Shown: positions 1-10,259, numbered from the stretch's first letter. The stretch is DNA of 64,000 nucleotides from Pontiella sp. (GCA_050290185.1 JBNKHE010000008.1:32001-96000), one strand, 5' to 3'. Notes: generated by a model not told the origin, from the letters alone. A program made the numbers and translations.

Positions 1-69
1 ATATCGGAAAGATAATCGGAAAAATAGCAACCTGAAAAGATCTGGCGAGGGATTGTTCGACTCCAAAAA

Positions 70-100
70 AATCAAAGAATTACATGGCTTAGTTGTTGCT
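70..100 (+). promoter_or_regulatory. Putative sigma-54 promoter (-24/-12) with adjacent IHF-like site
   Basis: TGGCTTAGTTGTTGCT at 85-100 has GG-N10-GC spacing; AATCAAAGAATTA at 70-82 matches WATCAANNNNTTR. Confidence 0.6.
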
Positions 101-173
101 ACATAGTGAGTTGCGAAAGAGGTGATTTGTCACTTAACAATCAGTGTTTGATCTAATTGGAGCTTGTAGAGTT

Positions 174-524
174 ATGAAGTATTTTTTATTGGCCGGTGTT
201 GCTGCCTGTTGTCTGACTTCGATGCAGGCTGTCGCTTCGGGGAAGATAATCGGGATGAAAACAACCAGTGAAAGTCTGGAGATCACCATAGAAACCACGG
301 TTGGGGAAAGCTATCAGGTCCAATGCCGTTCATCGCTTGTGTCCGGGGATTGGAGTGATGTGGGAACAAACTTCGTGGCGGACGTCTCGACGACGCTATA
401 TTCCGTTGCAACCTCTGAAATGCACTGCTATCTGCGGGTTATCAGGATAAGCAATAACGAGCCCTCCGCCGTTCCTCCGCCCCCTCCGCCCCCTCCGCCC
501 CCTCCGCCGCCCTCGAATATATAG
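174..524 (+). CDS. Small secreted protein with beta-rich domain and C-terminal polyproline tail
   Basis: ATG at 174 gives signal peptide MKYFLLAGVAACCLTSMQAVA; GESYQVQCRSSLVSGDW...YLRV domain; 13 consecutive Pro. Confidence 0.7.
   Translation: MKYFLLAGVAACCLTSMQAVASGKIIGMKTTSESLEITIETTVGESYQVQCRSSLVSGDWSDVGTNFVADVSTTLYSVATSEMHCYLRVIRISNNEPSAVPPPPPPPPPPPPPSNI
474..512 (+). repeat. 9-bp tandem repeat (CCTCCGCCC)n encoding poly-Pro
   Basis: cctccgccc x3 followed by cctccgccg ccc, read directly. Confidence 0.9.
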
Positions 525-608
525 GGCGTGGTCTGTCCGAGATCCGCCAGGTCTCCATAGCCTTGGTGTGGGTGGCTTTTTAGGTTCGGCACGGTCTTGG
601 CCCGCACC

Positions 609-1019
609 CTACACCGAATGAAGAGCCTCTTTAACCACGGAATCCAGAATGACGATTCCTTTTGGCGTCAGGAGCCAAATCGAGGCTGCTGTATTGCACA
701 CAACCGTAATCCAGAATACAAAGCGGAACTTTTGCTTCTTCGTTTTGTGCCGCAGAGTTTGCTGCGCCACCAGCGCACCCGGCCATCCGCCCATCAAGGC
801 GAGCAGATGCAGGTGGACTTCCGGTATTCGCCAACCCTCTTTACGGGCGGCTCGCTTATCGATTGCGTAGAAAATAAACGTCACGAGACTCGCAATGCAA
901 TAGACCGCAACAATCAGGAATGATCGCTTGATGATCCATCCGGAAACGCCGGTTGCCGCGAGAAATAAGCCGGCGATGGTGATTGCTCGAAGTACTGCTC
1001 CCGGGTTCTTCATCTTCAC
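609..1019 (-). CDS. DUF1294 family membrane protein
   Basis: YAIDKRAA...WRIPE..LHLLALMGGWPGALVAQQTLRHKTKKQKF signature. Confidence 0.9.
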   Translation of the reverse strand: MKMKNPGAVLRAITIAGLFLAATGVSGWIIKRSFLIVAVYCIASLVTFIFYAIDKRAARKEGWRIPEVHLHLLALMGGWPGALVAQQTLRHKTKKQKFRFVFWITVVCNTAASIWLLTPKGIVILDSVVKEALHSV

Positions 1020-1175
1020 CGTTTACTCTCCAAAAAAAAGATTAATCAAGCGCACCATGAGTTACTGCCTTCGATAGCAAATAGGAAATGATGGTGCAGG
1101 GTCACGACGGCCTCCCGCCATACGCATGAAATCATATGACAGCCCTCTGTCCCGGGTCATGGCGTTGGGGAGATC

Positions 1176-1559
1176 CTATACGTTGATTTTATAATTGAGT
1201 CTAGCCTCGTCACCCGTAATGCCGCGAAATCCCCAGCAATGTGCGGGTTGTTCCTTAATGGTGATTTCAACATCAACGGGCGTGATGCCCACGTGCTTCT
1301 CGATTTGCTCGAACAGCATTTTAATCAGGGCCTTCTTCGTTTCCTTTTCACGACCCTCAATCATATTGATTTCAATGACGGTGTAGGCATCGCTGCGCCC
1401 GCCCGGATAATAGAAGTTTTCCTTCTCCATCGGGAAGAACCGGTGCGCCCGTTTGTCCTCCGGCATACCAAGGGCCGACTGCATGCAGTCATGGATGACA
1501 TCGGACAATCGGGCTTTTATCGGATCCAGTTTTTCTTTGATGCCATAAACCAAAATCAT
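1176..1559 (-). CDS. Tautomerase family protein (4-oxalocrotonate tautomerase-like), copy 1
   Basis: PEDKRAHRFFP...YYPGGRSDAYTVIEIN...GR...TKK.LI...DVEITIKEQPAHCWGFRG. Confidence 0.85.
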   Translation of the reverse strand: MILVYGIKEKLDPIKARLSDVIHDCMQSALGMPEDKRAHRFFPMEKENFYYPGGRSDAYTVIEINMIEGREKETKKALIKMLFEQIEKHVGITPVDVEITIKEQPAHCWGFRGITGDEARLNYKINV

Positions 1560-1681
1560 GATTCATCTCCGGTGTATTGCTGTGGTTCGGTCAAGAGGAG
1601 TGAATAACATGCCTGAAAATCAGGGCCTGCTTCAATCACTCGGTTATGGAAAACTGGATGCAAAGCATCCTTTTTTCTGCA

Positions 1682-1705
1682 TTTTGAGCAATTTCGGTCA
1701 GGACG
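1682..1705. promoter_or_regulatory. Conserved operator-like block between divergent tautomerase and araC
   Basis: TTTTGAGCAATTTCGGTCAGGACG is identical at 5450-5473 while flanking intergenic DNA has diverged. Confidence 0.5.
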
Positions 1706-1755
1706 AAGAATTTTCGCCGCGATAGGATATTTGCCGAATTGAGAAGGAATTGGCC

Positions 1756-2619
1756 GTGAATGATCTGACGTTAAAAAACTACGCGAAGCGTTTCGAGCGG
1801 GTGTTCGCTTATATCGAGCAACATTTGGACGAATCGTTGAGCGTTGAGGAATTGAGCAAGGTGGCGCATTTTTCGAAGTTCCATTTCCATCGGCAGTTTT
1901 CCCAATATGTCGGTCTTGGTGTGGCGGCCTACGTGCGCTTGCTGCGCCTTCGCAGAGCTTCCTACCGGCTGGCTTTCGGGTGCGAGCGGGTCATCGACAT
2001 TGCCTTGGAGGCGGGGTTCGAGAGCCCGGAAGCGTTTTCCCGAGCCTTTCGTCAGGCCTTTGGCCAATCCCCATCTCAGTTCCGAACGTCACCCCAATGG
2101 CAGCCGTGGGCCGAGCGTGTTCGCCTGCCTCCAAGAGAAAGGAATAAGGAAATGAACGTAACGATTGTAGATTTCGCTGAAACCCAGATCGCGGTGCTTG
2201 AACACCGCGGCGCACCGACGCTGGTTAACGACTCGGTGCAGACATTTATCGAGTGGCGCCAAGCGAGCGGCCTGTCACCGGTCAAGACGAGCCGGACGTT
2301 CGGTGTTGTCTATGATGATCCTAAGACCACTCCGGCGGAGGAATTCCGTTTCGACATCTGCGGCGAGGTGGTCGGCCCTGTTCCGGATAACGAGCAGGGT
2401 GTGGGAAACGGGCTGATTCCTGGCGGCCGATGTGCGGTGGTGCGTCATTGCGGCAGCCACGAACGGCTCGTCGAAAGCATTTATCCGCTTTATCGTGAGT
2501 GGTTGCCGCAAAGCGGCGAGGAGTTGCGTGATTTCCCGCTTTTTTTCCACTACCTCAACCTGTTGCCGGATACGGCCGAGCATGAACTGCTGACCGACCT
2601 CTACCTGCCGCTGAAATAA
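1756..2619 (+). CDS. AraC-family regulator with C-terminal GyrI-like effector domain
   Basis: N-terminal HTH (FSKFHFHRQF; GFESPEAFSRAFR), C-terminal YDDP..TP.EEFRFDIC...LYREWLPQSGE; GTG start after GAGAAGGA. Confidence 0.93.
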   Translation: MNDLTLKNYAKRFERVFAYIEQHLDESLSVEELSKVAHFSKFHFHRQFSQYVGLGVAAYVRLLRLRRASYRLAFGCERVIDIALEAGFESPEAFSRAFRQAFGQSPSQFRTSPQWQPWAERVRLPPRERNKEMNVTIVDFAETQIAVLEHRGAPTLVNDSVQTFIEWRQASGLSPVKTSRTFGVVYDDPKTTPAEEFRFDICGEVVGPVPDNEQGVGNGLIPGGRCAVVRHCGSHERLVESIYPLYREWLPQSGEELRDFPLFFHYLNLLPDTAEHELLTDLYLPLK

Positions 2620-2729
2620 TTCGTCTACGGGGCGCGGTAGCATTCTTTTTATGCAGAAGATGTAGACGAGGCCGTGGGTTTCGGGATCGTCTATACCCCG
2701 GACATCCGGCCTTTATTATGCTGAGGGGT

Positions 2730-3575
2730 TTAACCGATTTCGAACGAACAAATCCCGAATATCCGTTGCAATGGAAGCCGGGGTTCGTCGCCCGTATACA
2801 TGCGGGCCGTTTCAAACACGATCTCCATGCCGTGTCGTTTGGTGAGTTCCAGGGCGGCGGCATTTGGCTCTGGCACATCGAGATAAATGGAATCGGTTTC
2901 CTTCACCGTTGATATGAGTGCCTGGAAAAGCGACTCCGCCAACTCGGCGGAGTCCGCATAGAGCGGGCCTATCTTGTGGCCTTTCCGACAGGCGCGGATC
3001 ACGCCGTAACCCGAGAGCCGGCCCGCGTCCATTATGCCCAATGCCGTACTGTTCGGCTGGCTGATCCATGCTTTCAGAAAGGCGTCGCGGGGCGCGGGGA
3101 AAAACGGCCGTTCGTAGGCGGCAAGGATTTCAAACGGCAGCGTCGACAGCTCGACGGTATCCGCCTTGGAGGAGGATTCCCCACCGCCTTTGCCTTCGTA
3201 GCGAACATTACGATAGGCCAGCTTGAAACCGGATTTTTTGTAATTTTCCTGCTGCTCGACGACGCCGTCCAATCCAATGTTCCGGCCCTCAAGCCGCTGG
3301 AGGGCTGCCTGGGCGATTTGGAGTCCAAAGCCTTGGCCGCGATAGGCGGGCTTGACGATGTAGAAACCAGCGAAGCCGAAGCGATCACCGTATCGGGTCG
3401 ATGAAACCATGGCAACCGGTTCGCCGTCGAGCAACCCGATCAGAAAGCCGCCCGGGTCGGCCAGGTGATAGCATGCCGCATCGTGCAGTCCCGGATTCCA
3501 GCCCTCTTTTGCCGCCCATTCCACGGCAAGATCGATCTCCTCACGCGTCGCGGTTCGTATGATGTAATCCTTCAT
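2730..3575 (-). CDS. GNAT family N-acetyltransferase (two-domain, YitH-like)
   Basis: WAAKEGWNPG, GFYIVKPAYRGQGFG acetyl-CoA motif, KIGPLYAD, FETARMY; start set at MKDYII. Confidence 0.9.
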   Translation of the reverse strand: MKDYIIRTATREEIDLAVEWAAKEGWNPGLHDAACYHLADPGGFLIGLLDGEPVAMVSSTRYGDRFGFAGFYIVKPAYRGQGFGLQIAQAALQRLEGRNIGLDGVVEQQENYKKSGFKLAYRNVRYEGKGGGESSSKADTVELSTLPFEILAAYERPFFPAPRDAFLKAWISQPNSTALGIMDAGRLSGYGVIRACRKGHKIGPLYADSAELAESLFQALISTVKETDSIYLDVPEPNAAALELTKRHGMEIVFETARMYTGDEPRLPLQRIFGICSFEIG

Positions 3576-3759
3576 GAGATGCCTCCATCGTCGTGGACCA
3601 ACTTTATGGTCAGGAGGCGGCAACGGGCAACCTGCTTTCAAAGATAATCGCAAAATCACTGAAACCCGGAACGGCTCATGCTATCAATGGGCCTGTTTCC
3701 TTCGGTGCCTCTGTTTAAAAGGGATGACGGGGATGCGACCGGAATTAGAGAGGATGTTT

Positions 3760-4311
3760 ATGAGTACCAGAAGAGATATGGCGATCGCCCTGCTTGGACT
3801 ACCGCTGGTGGCCAAGGCCGTGCTGCCGGAGACGAACGTTCCGTCGGTTTTGCAACCTGATCCGGAATTGAGCCCGGAGAAAAAAACAGAGAAGAAGCCG
3901 GTGCCGCCGCCCCGCAGTGTGCATGCGGCAAACATTATCAGCTACACGCTGTATGCCGAAGCCAGGGGAGAGTCGTTTGAGGGAATGATGGCGGTGGCCT
4001 CGGTGATCAAGACCCGCGCGACACGTTCAAAGATCTCGTTGGCCGAAGTTTGTCTGCAGGATAAGCAGTTTTCCTGTTGGAATGGATTGAAGGCCGTACC
4101 GGAGTTCTTCATTTCGGGAGAGAGGATTGAGCCCGACGACCTGCAAGCCCGCAGCAAATGCTTCGGCATCGCCTGGGTCCTGATGGTGAGCAAGAGGAAA
4201 TGGGATCACCTGACCCACTTCTACAATCCCGACAAGGCCACGCCAGGCTGGGCCTACGATCTTCGGGGTGTCCGCACCATCGGCAAGCATGTCTTTGGCT
4301 ATCTCGACTAG
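3760..4311 (+). CDS. Cell wall hydrolase, SleB/CwlJ-like (Hydrolase_2), with probable Tat signal
   Basis: TLYAEARGE, AVASVIKTR, QFSCWN, HFYNP...P.WA, IGKHVF; N-terminus MSTRRDMAIALLG. Confidence 0.85.
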   Translation: MSTRRDMAIALLGLPLVAKAVLPETNVPSVLQPDPELSPEKKTEKKPVPPPRSVHAANIISYTLYAEARGESFEGMMAVASVIKTRATRSKISLAEVCLQDKQFSCWNGLKAVPEFFISGERIEPDDLQARSKCFGIAWVLMVSKRKWDHLTHFYNPDKATPGWAYDLRGVRTIGKHVFGYLD

Positions 4312-4459
4312 TGCTGGTCCGAGTCGGCTAACAGCCAACCCAAAGCTTCGTCCAGATTATTAAAGCCGCGCATCGGCTGGCCTCGACCTTGCGCAATGGT
4401 TTCGAAAAGAGCCTGCAGTTTTGTTGTGCCGATTGAACAAATAACCTTCTTTATCGGGC

Positions 4460-4867
4460 TCAATCCCGCGGAGGCATAGTTTCGAAGCAGGGGAGGTTTT
4501 CTGGAAGCCAGTTCTTGTGATCGCGCCAGTAGACGTTGATGCTGGGTGAAAATTCGAACTCGCTGTCGATGGTGCCGGCACGAAGGTAGAGCACGCCCGG
4601 CGTCACTTCGCCTCTGGCGAACAGCAGTGTACCGCAGTTTGTGCAGAAGTGGCGGTGGATGGGCTGGCCGCTGTCGCCGACGTCAGAATAGGAGCCGAGC
4701 GTTTCGCCGGCAACATTCAGGGGTTCGGGAATCCCGATGATGGCCGAGAACATGGAGCCACTGGTTTTCTTGCACGACTTGCAGTGGCAGTTCGCCATAA
4801 AGATCGGTTCGGCGGATGTGCTGTATTTAATGCTTCCGCATAGGCAGGAGCCGGTGATTTCTGGCAT
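4460..4867 (-). CDS. GFA/CENP-V family zinc protein
   Basis: GSCLCGSI, CHCKSCKK.SG, RHFCTNCGT motifs. Confidence 0.92.
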   Translation of the reverse strand: MPEITGSCLCGSIKYSTSAEPIFMANCHCKSCKKTSGSMFSAIIGIPEPLNVAGETLGSYSDVGDSGQPIHRHFCTNCGTLLFARGEVTPGVLYLRAGTIDSEFEFSPSINVYWRDHKNWLPENLPCFETMPPRD

Positions 4868-4924
4868 GGCGTTTTCCTTTCCGGATTGTGGATTTGTTGA
4901 TTTCTGTCGGACCCCAATTTAGGT

Positions 4925-5308
4925 CTATACGTTGATTTTATAATCGAGTTTGGCTTCGTCGCCCGTAATGCCTCGGAATCCCCAGCAATGCGCCGGCTGT
5001 TCCTTAATGGTGATTTCAACATCAACGGGCGTGATGCCCACGTGTTTCTCGATTTGCTCGAACAGCATTTTAATCAGGGCCTTCTTCGTTTCCTTTTCAC
5101 GACCCGCCATCATGTTGATTTCTATGATCGTGTAGGCGTCGCTGCGGCCGCCCGGATAGTAGAAATTTTCTGGATCCATCGGGAAAAACCGGTGTGCGCG
5201 CTTGTCTTCCGGCATGCCGAGAACCGATTGCATGCAACCGTGGATAACATCGGACAAACGGCCCTTGATCGGGTTCAGGGTTTCCTTGATTCCGTAAACT
5301 ACAATCAT
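4925..5308 (-). CDS. Tautomerase family protein, copy 2
   Basis: Same length as and near-identical to 1176-1559. Confidence 0.85.
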   Translation of the reverse strand: MIVVYGIKETLNPIKGRLSDVIHGCMQSVLGMPEDKRAHRFFPMDPENFYYPGGRSDAYTIIEINMMAGREKETKKALIKMLFEQIEKHVGITPVDVEITIKEQPAHCWGFRGITGDEAKLDYKINV

Positions 5309-5523
5309 CTTCATCCTCAGTTTGGTGGAAGGCCCGCTTCCAACCTTATCCATTCGCTCTGTGCTGTAAGGTATCAGGTTGGATTCTGGATTCCAGCCCG
5401 ATCCTATGCGGATTCCATGAGCAAGGACGGGCTGCTCTTGTTCCCCGTGTTTTGAGCAATTTCGGTCAGGACGGGCACGCGCCGGCGGGATAGGATGTTT
5501 GCCGAATGGAGAAGGAATCGGCC

Positions 5524-5828
5524 GTGAATGATTTGACGTTGAAAAACTACGCGAAGCGCTTCGAACGCGTCTTCGCATATATCGAGCAACATTTGGACGA
5601 ATCGTTGAGCGTCAAGGAATTGAGCCGGGTGGCCCATTTTCAAAGTTCAACTTCCATCGTCAGTTTTTTCCAGTATGTCGGGCTCGGTGTGGCGGCCTAC
5701 GTGCCTACGGAGAGCCTCCTATCGGCTGGCTTTCGGTCGCGACCGGGTCATCGATATTGCCTTGGAGGCGGGCTTCGATAGTCCCGAAGCGTTTGCCCGC
5801 GCCTTTCGCCAGGCCTTCGGTCAATCCC
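5524..5828 (+). pseudogene. Frameshifted, truncated duplicate of the AraC/GyrI regulator
   Basis: Matches 1756-2070 with a -1/+1 indel pair and a ~10-nt deletion; homology ends at GGTCAATCCC, GyrI domain missing. Confidence 0.85.
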
Positions 5829-5867
5829 TGATCGCGTTAGCAAAAGTTATTACGGGCTAATGCCAAT

Positions 5868-5891
5868 AAGGGCTGGGGAAACCCAGCCCTT
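5868..5891 (-). terminator. Hairpin downstream of malic enzyme
   Basis: AAGGGCTGGG-gaaa-CCCAGCCCTT. Confidence 0.65.
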
Positions 5892-5896
5892 TGATC

Positions 5897-7354
5897 CTAT
5901 CCCATCTGCGCGATGGTCTTTTCGAGACACTCTTCGAGCATTTCGGGGGTGGGCTCGGCGATGAACCCTTCCGACATGAGGTGTTCGGTGAGGGCTCGCG
6001 CTTCGTCGATGTCCTTTTTGGCCTTGGCGTAGACTTCGTCGCCGGACATTTCATGACGGGCAACGCCGTCTTCGATGGCTTGCAATGCCACGGCCTTTGC
6101 GACGGAGGGGAAGGTTTCGGTTTCGTCCATGAGCGGGCAGATGTAATCGGGGCTCAGTCCCTTCTTTTCGGCCACTTCGGCGATGGCGTAGGCGGCGGCG
6201 ATGGCCATCTTATCGGTAATTTTCTTGGCTTTGACCAGCAGGGCGCCTTTGAGCAGGCCGGGGAAGCAGAGCGAGTTGTTGACCTGGTTCGGGAAGTCGC
6301 CACGGCCAGTGGCGACGATGTAGGCGCCGGCTTCCTTGGCGGAGTAGGGGTAGATTTCTGGAACCGGGTTGGCGCAGACAAAGACGATCGCCTTGTCGGC
6401 CATCTTTTCGATCCACTCCGGTTTGACGGTGTCGGGACCGGGTCTGGATAGGGCGATGAGTACATCGGCATCTTCCATGGCGGCTTCAATGGAGTTGATC
6501 TTGGTGGGATTGGTGCGCTGGCAAAGATCCCATTTCTTATAGAAGGCGGTGTCGGCCTCGATATCGGCTCGGTCGGTGTGCAGTCCGCCCTTGGAATCAC
6601 ACATGACCATTTTGGCCGGATCGGCGCCGGCCTGCAGGATCAGACTGGCAATGGTGGTGTTGGAGGCGCCGGCTCCGAGCATCGCGATGCGGACATCGTC
6701 GATCGGCTTTTCAGCCACCTTGAGGGCGTTGATGAGGCCGGCGAGGGTGACGCATCCGGTGCCCTGGGCATCGTCGTGCCAGACGGGGATATCGCACGCG
6801 TCGCGCAGGGTATCGAGCACTTCGAAGCAATTCGGCTGGGAGATGTCTTCCAGATTAACGCCGCCGACGCTCGGAGCGAGCATCTTGACAAAATCGATAA
6901 TCTTTTTGGGATCGTGTTCACCCTGTTCATTGCGCGAGTCGATGCAGAGTGCAATGGAGTCCACGCCTCCGAGGTATTTCATGAGAAACGCTTTACCTTC
7001 CATTACGCCGAGGCCGCCGGAGGGGCCGCAGTCGCCATCGCCCAAAACGCGGGTGGAATCAGATACGACGGCAATGAGATTGCCGCGGTTGGAGAGCTCG
7101 AAAGAGGCATCGGGATTGTCGCGGATCGTAGTGGAAACTTTGGATACGCCGGGGGTGTACCAGACGTTGAACCAGTTGAATCCGTAGAGTCCGGCCTTCG
7201 GGATTGTCTGCATCTTGCCGCCGTAGAAGCGGTGCATGCTGTCGGATACCTCCTTGAGAAAAAGGGTTTTTGCCTTGGCGATTTGCTCTTTGGTAAAGTC
7301 GGCGGGGAACAGTTCGTCGATGTTTTCGAGTTTCAGATTATCGATCTTACCCAT
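5897..7354 (-). CDS. mae: NAD(P)-dependent malic enzyme
   Basis: YTPGV, VLGDGD, VMEGKA, NLEDI, HDD.QGT, GAGAS, ANPVPEI, TGRGDFPNQVNN. Confidence 0.93.
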   Translation of the reverse strand: MGKIDNLKLENIDELFPADFTKEQIAKAKTLFLKEVSDSMHRFYGGKMQTIPKAGLYGFNWFNVWYTPGVSKVSTTIRDNPDASFELSNRGNLIAVVSDSTRVLGDGDCGPSGGLGVMEGKAFLMKYLGGVDSIALCIDSRNEQGEHDPKKIIDFVKMLAPSVGGVNLEDISQPNCFEVLDTLRDACDIPVWHDDAQGTGCVTLAGLINALKVAEKPIDDVRIAMLGAGASNTTIASLILQAGADPAKMVMCDSKGGLHTDRADIEADTAFYKKWDLCQRTNPTKINSIEAAMEDADVLIALSRPGPDTVKPEWIEKMADKAIVFVCANPVPEIYPYSAKEAGAYIVATGRGDFPNQVNNSLCFPGLLKGALLVKAKKITDKMAIAAAYAIAEVAEKKGLSPDYICPLMDETETFPSVAKAVALQAIEDGVARHEMSGDEVYAKAKKDIDEARALTEHLMSEGFIAEPTPEMLEECLEKTIAQMG

Positions 7355-7654
7355 GGTGTTTTCTCCTTCGTTAGTTAAACGGGGCGATTATGCGCAGGCC
7401 GTCAGGCAAATCAATGCCGGAATCATAAATCTCCGTTTTGCGACTCAGTCCCAAAAAGAGCGTGCTGAGGTAATGAAAAAGGAATATGCGGCTTGATGTT
7501 CCGCCTTTCGAACATTAGAATTTTTTAATGGAGATGGGATTACTGTAGAGTTTATTCAGAAAAGCGAACAAACCGATTTTCAAATAGCTGAAAATGTTAT
7601 AGGTATACTTTCCAATAGGTATTGGCAGGCGTATTTAGAAAAGGTGTACAGTAT

Positions 7655-8314
7655 ATGAGTATTAAGCAAACGGTGTTTTCATCGATCGGCCAGAAATTAT
7701 TGTTGGCAACCTCCGGGCTGATCATGTTCCTCCTCTTTTTGATCCCCCACATGGGCGGGAATATTTTGTTTCTGTTCGGACCGGATCTCTTCAATTCCTA
7801 CGCGGAGCACCTCCACAGTCTGGTGCCGGTTTTGATCACCATAGAGGTGTTGATGATCATTTCGATCACCATCCACATGGTCATGGGAATCAGAGTGGCA
7901 TTCGCCAATGCGGCCGCACATGACAAGCGCCTTACGCAGCAATCCACACCGGAACGTTCGCTGGCCGCCCGGCTCATGCCGTATTCCGGCGGCATGATCT
8001 TTATTTTCATCGTCAAGCACCTGCTCGACTTCACCTTGCGTTCCAAGCCGGAAACGACGCTGCACGGGGAGCCGGTAATCAATGTCTACGGGATGTTGAT
8101 CGACAAGTTTTCACATCCCGGCAATGTGATCTTCTATGTGCTGTTCATGATTGCGGTTGCCTTCCACCTGAGTCACGCGTTGCAAAGTGCAATGCAGACC
8201 TATGGTATTTACGTGCCGCGTGAAGGCAGCAAGGCCAAGCTGGTCAGCACCATTATTGCCATCGGCATGGCCTCCACCTTCGCCATCATTCCGATCATCG
8301 CTTATACCCGCTAA
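7655..8314 (+). CDS. sdhC: Succinate dehydrogenase/fumarate reductase cytochrome b subunit
   Basis: SSIGQKLLLATSG, H..GN, 5 TM helices with heme His, HLSHA..S.MQTYG; upstream of sdhA. Confidence 0.9.
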   Translation: MSIKQTVFSSIGQKLLLATSGLIMFLLFLIPHMGGNILFLFGPDLFNSYAEHLHSLVPVLITIEVLMIISITIHMVMGIRVAFANAAAHDKRLTQQSTPERSLAARLMPYSGGMIFIFIVKHLLDFTLRSKPETTLHGEPVINVYGMLIDKFSHPGNVIFYVLFMIAVAFHLSHALQSAMQTYGIYVPREGSKAKLVSTIIAIGMASTFAIIPIIAYTR

Positions 8315-8338
8315 TTTTAAACCGCAGAGGATCCCCCC

Positions 8339-10255
8339 ATGGTTAAGCTCGACGCAAAAATTCCTGAAGGCCCAATGGCCGAAAAATGGACGAACCACAA
8401 ATTCAAGGTCAAGCTGGTCAACCCGGCCAACAAACGGAAACACAAGGTCATCGTGGTCGGCACCGGTCTGGCCGGTGCATCTGCCGCCGCCACCATGGCC
8501 GAGCTCGGCTACGTGGTGCACAGCTTTACCTATTCCGACAGTCCGCGCCGTGCCCACTCGATTGCCGCGCAGGGTGGCATCAACGCCGCCAAGAACTATC
8601 CCAACGACGGCGACTCCATCCATCGCCTCTTCTATGACACCGTAAAGGGTGGTGACTTCCGTTCGCGCGAGGCCAACGTCCACCGGCTGGCCGAGGTCAG
8701 CAACCAGATCATCGACCATTGCGTGGCACAGGGCATTCCGTTTGCGCGCGAATACGGCGGCTACCTTGCCAACCGCTCCTTCGGCGGCGCGCAGGTTTCC
8801 CGAACCTTCTACGCCCGCGGCCAGACCGGCCAGCAACTGCTGATCGGTGCCTACGGTGCGCTCTCCAAGGAGATCAAGAAGGGCGGCGTCACGATCCATA
8901 CCCGCTCCGAAGTGGTCGACATCGTTGTAATCGACGGACAGGCGCGCGGCATCATCGCCCGCAATCTTGTTACCGGCGAACTGACCCGCCACGAGGCCGA
9001 TGCCGTTGTGCTCGCCACCGGCGGCTACAGCAACGTCTACTTCCTTTCCACCAACGCCATGAACTGCAACGCCAGTGCGGCGTGGCGCGCCTACAAGAAA
9101 GGGGCCTGCTTCGCCAACCCATGCTACACGCAGATCCACCCGACCTGTATCCCGGTACACGGCGAATACCAGTCGAAGCTCACGCTCATGTCCGAATCGC
9201 TCCGCAACGACGGCCGCATCTGGGTGCCGAAGAAGAAGGGTGACAAGCGTCCCGCCAACCAGATTCCCGAGGACGAGCGCGACTATTACCTCGAACGCAA
9301 ATATCCCAGCTTCGGTAACCTCGTTCCGCGTGACCTCGCTTCGCGCAACGCCAAGCAGGTGTGCGACGAAGGTCGCGGCGTCGGCCCGACCGGACAGGCG
9401 GTCTATCTTGACTTTGCCGATGCCATTGCGCGTCTCGGCCGCGATAATATCGAAGCCAAATACGGCAACCTGTTCGAGATGTACAACCGTATTACCGACG
9501 AGGATCCCTACACGACACCGATGATGATCTTTCCCGCTGTGCACTACACGATGGGGGGGCTGTGGGTGGACTACAACCTGATGACTTCGTTGCCCGGCCT
9601 CTACGCCATTGGCGAAGTCAACTTCTCCGACCACGGCGCCAACCGCCTTGGCGCGAGCGCACTGATGCAGGGGCTGGCCGACGGCTATTTTGTGCTGCCC
9701 AACACCATCAACGACTATCTGGCCTCGAATAAGTTCGAGAAGGTTTCCACCGATCATGAGGCGTTTGCGGAAGCCGAAAAGACGGCGAAGGACAAACTTG
9801 ATCGTCTGCTGGCCGTCAATGGCAACCGCACGGTCGACGACTTTCATAAGGAGCTGGGCCACCTGCTGTGGGAAAACTGCGGTATGGCGCGCAACGAAAA
9901 GGGGTTGAAGGAAGCCCTTGAAAAGATTCCGAAGATCCGCGAGGAGTTCTGGAAGAACGTCAACGTGCCCGGCTCGGCCGAGGATCTGAACCAGGCGCTG
10001 GAAAAGGCCAACCGCGTGGCCGATTTCATGGAGTTCGCCGAACTGCTGGTTCGCGATGCACTCGAGCGCGCCGAATCATGCGGCGGTCACTTCCGCGAGG
10101 AGAGCCAGACCGAGGAGGGCGAAGCCCTGCGCGACGATGAAAATTTCTGCTACACTGCAGCATGGGAGTTCAAGGGATTGGATCAGGAGCCGGAGCTGCA
10201 CAAAGAAATGCTGGAGTTTGAAGAGGTCCACTTAACACAAAGGTCGTACAAATAA
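8339..10255 (+). CDS. sdhA: Succinate dehydrogenase flavoprotein subunit
   Basis: [19 protein letters not shown] covalent-FAD motif, [27 protein letters not shown]. Confidence 0.97.
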   Translation: MVKLDAKIPEGPMAEKWTNHKFKVKLVNPANKRKHKVIVVGTGLAGASAAATMAELGYVVHSFTYSDSPRRAHSIAAQGGINAAKNYPNDGDSIHRLFYDTVKGGDFRSREANVHRLAEVSNQIIDHCVAQGIPFAREYGGYLANRSFGGAQVSRTFYARGQTGQQLLIGAYGALSKEIKKGGVTIHTRSEVVDIVVIDGQARGIIARNLVTGELTRHEADAVVLATGGYSNVYFLSTNAMNCNASAAWRAYKKGACFANPCYTQIHPTCIPVHGEYQSKLTLMSESLRNDGRIWVPKKKGDKRPANQIPEDERDYYLERKYPSFGNLVPRDLASRNAKQVCDEGRGVGPTGQAVYLDFADAIARLGRDNIEAKYGNLFEMYNRITDEDPYTTPMMIFPAVHYTMGGLWVDYNLMTSLPGLYAIGEVNFSDHGANRLGASALMQGLADGYFVLPNTINDYLASNKFEKVSTDHEAFAEAEKTAKDKLDRLLAVNGNRTVDDFHKELGHLLWENCGMARNEKGLKEALEKIPKIREEFWKNVNVPGSAEDLNQALEKANRVADFMEFAELLVRDALERAESCGGHFREESQTEEGEALRDDENFCYTAAWEFKGLDQEPELHKEMLEFEEVHLTQRSYK

Positions 10256-10259
10256 TATT

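Noticed and set aside
7355..7654. Palindrome TTTTCA-N6-TGAAAA in the mae/sdh intergenic region
   Set aside because: Short and AT-rich; no match to a regulator I can name
8111..9862. Long antisense ORFs (583 aa opposite sdhA; also 13309-14634, 51966-53594, 39310-40380, 41364-42362)
   Set aside because: Shadow ORFs typical of GC-rich coding DNA; the opposite strand holds clear conserved genes
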